Source: a virus (taxonomy: Duplodnaviria; Caudoviricetes). Taken from it: 56,201 bases of DNA. The stretch is taken from IMG/VR virus record IMGVR_UViG_3300027777_000045, positions 1 to 56,201 of that record; one strand, 5' to 3'. Numbering within the stretch: position 1 is the stretch's first letter; each line of letters opens with the position of its first letter. Positions 56,037 to 56,201 of the stretch are shown in pieces. The position numbers and the translations under genes were made by a program. Below the pieces are notes generated by a model. It did no database searches, was not told the DNA's origin, and saw only the letters and a list, made by a program, of their open reading frames with translations.

Positions 56037-56201
56037 TTATCATTCTCTTTTAAAAACTGTTCAATACTATTCTGCGGATAGTTCACGTCGGGATAATCAA
56101 TTCTACCTAACTCTTCTGCAGCATCACGCAATAGCCAACAAGCCGTTCGGAACTTCTCTTGAAGTTCTTCAAATTGCTTTTGCAAGACTTCCAATTCATC
56201 C
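56033..56201 (-). CDS. Partial hypothetical protein, 5' end outside the window
   Basis: Open frame ...DELEVLQKQFEELQEKFRTACWLLRDAAEELGRIDYPDVNYPQNSIEQFLKENDK. Confidence 0.55.
   Translation of the reverse strand, partial: DELEVLQKQFEELQEKFRTACWLLRDAAEELGRIDYPDVNYPQNSIEQFLKENDK

Noticed and set aside
1-56201. Stop-codon reassignment, introns or inteins
   Set aside because: Core genes are intact in the standard code and all three stops are used; the gp5 and DUF4815 splits have short gaps with RBS or promoter and no intron-like sequence

Overview
The window is a 56 kb segment of a large T4-like myophage genome in the standard genetic code; an alphaproteobacterial-type host is possible but cannot be shown from this sequence. 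Positions 1-34064 (minus strand) hold a late operon of tail-fibre/adhesin genes, a DUF4815/VrlC-like protein split in two, and baseplate genes gp8, gp7, gp6, gp25, a split gp5, a gp27-like hub, gp53 and gp48. Positions 34117-42426 (plus strand) hold gp4, gp2, a gp54/gp19-like gene, gp26, a start-less gp51-like ORF, a holin-like gene and two large low-complexity paralogues in the tape-measure position. Positions 42459-56201 (minus strand) hold gp32, gp59, gp33, two tRNAs and an early island with about nine near-consensus sigma70 promoters. T4 late promoters (TATAAATA) sit in front of the structural units. The strongest unexplained signals are: (1) a probable -1 frameshift at T-TTT-TTT fusing gp26 to the gp51-like ORF, like lambda G/GT; (2) 13 divergent 52-65 aa ORFs, mostly translationally coupled, all ending in a Q-hydrophobic-x-E/D-D-L-like motif; (3) an apparent excess of N-x-S/T sequons in outer virion proteins; (4) gp5 split without a lysozyme, next to hydrophobic helical cargo-like regions. 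All family names are recognised from motifs by eye; no searches were run.
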